This document shows, one piece after another, positions 63,762 through 64,000 of a stretch of 64,000 nucleotides of DNA. The notes beneath the pieces are model-generated. The model saw only the letters and a program-made list of their open reading frames with translations, made no database searches and had not been told where the DNA came from. This stretch comes from Nemertoderma westbladi. Taxonomy: Eukaryota; Animalia; Xenacoelomorpha. Numbering within the stretch: the stretch's first letter is position 1; every line of letters starts with the position of its first letter. The position numbers and the translations under genes were made by a program. The stretch covers positions 1 to 64,000 of the forward strand of contig JAUCBJ010008373.1 of the NCBI GenBank assembly GCA_032718475.1, given 5' to 3'.

Positions 63762-64000
63762 CTCGCGCTGTAAGTTACCCCTCGCTCTCTGCACTCGTTC
63801 GGAAACAGTTTGCTGGTGCGACTCCGTCCGGTTAAGTCCTGTGTGACCATTGGTTTAGTTAAACTGAGATCCTGATAGGCGAAAGTAACCCTCTTTCCGT
63901 TTGGTAGTTCGAACTCCTCCGGTCGCAGGGTGTCTAAAATCTTCCGGAAGCCGATATTACACATCCAGTTGTAGCTCTCGACGTGCGGTTTCACGAGGTT
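63762..64000 (-). CDS. POLR1B: RPA2 N-terminal exon (continues beyond window)
   Basis: PHVESYN...FPNECRERGVTYSAR. Donor AG|GTTAGT at 63761, phase 2. Confidence 0.9.

Overview
Repeat-rich, intron-poor animal (invertebrate-like) nuclear DNA, not prokaryotic. It holds three host genes: an intronless cysteine-desulfurase/TtcA-like fusion (37460-40435), an intronless dienelactone hydrolase (43468-44265) and RNA polymerase I subunit RPA2/POLR1B (minus strand, 3 exons visible). The dominant feature is a 20.5-kb BEL/Pao LTR retrotransposon (2755-23295, TSD CTTGC, ~99% identical LTRs). Downstream of its decayed gag-pol it carries a large non-env accessory ORF (17760-22014). This ORF appears to encode a WRN/EXD/mut-7-like DEDDy 3'-5' exonuclease fold, CCHC zinc knuckles and a basic tail, and it is preceded by a long G-U-rich RNA stem-loop. 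A very young CsRn1-like Gypsy element (30675-35772, identical LTRs) has an unusual hydrophobic insert between protease and RT. The rest is LINE fragments, MITEs, a P/Galileo-like foldback element and minisatellites. Domain calls come from motif recognition by eye, not from searches.
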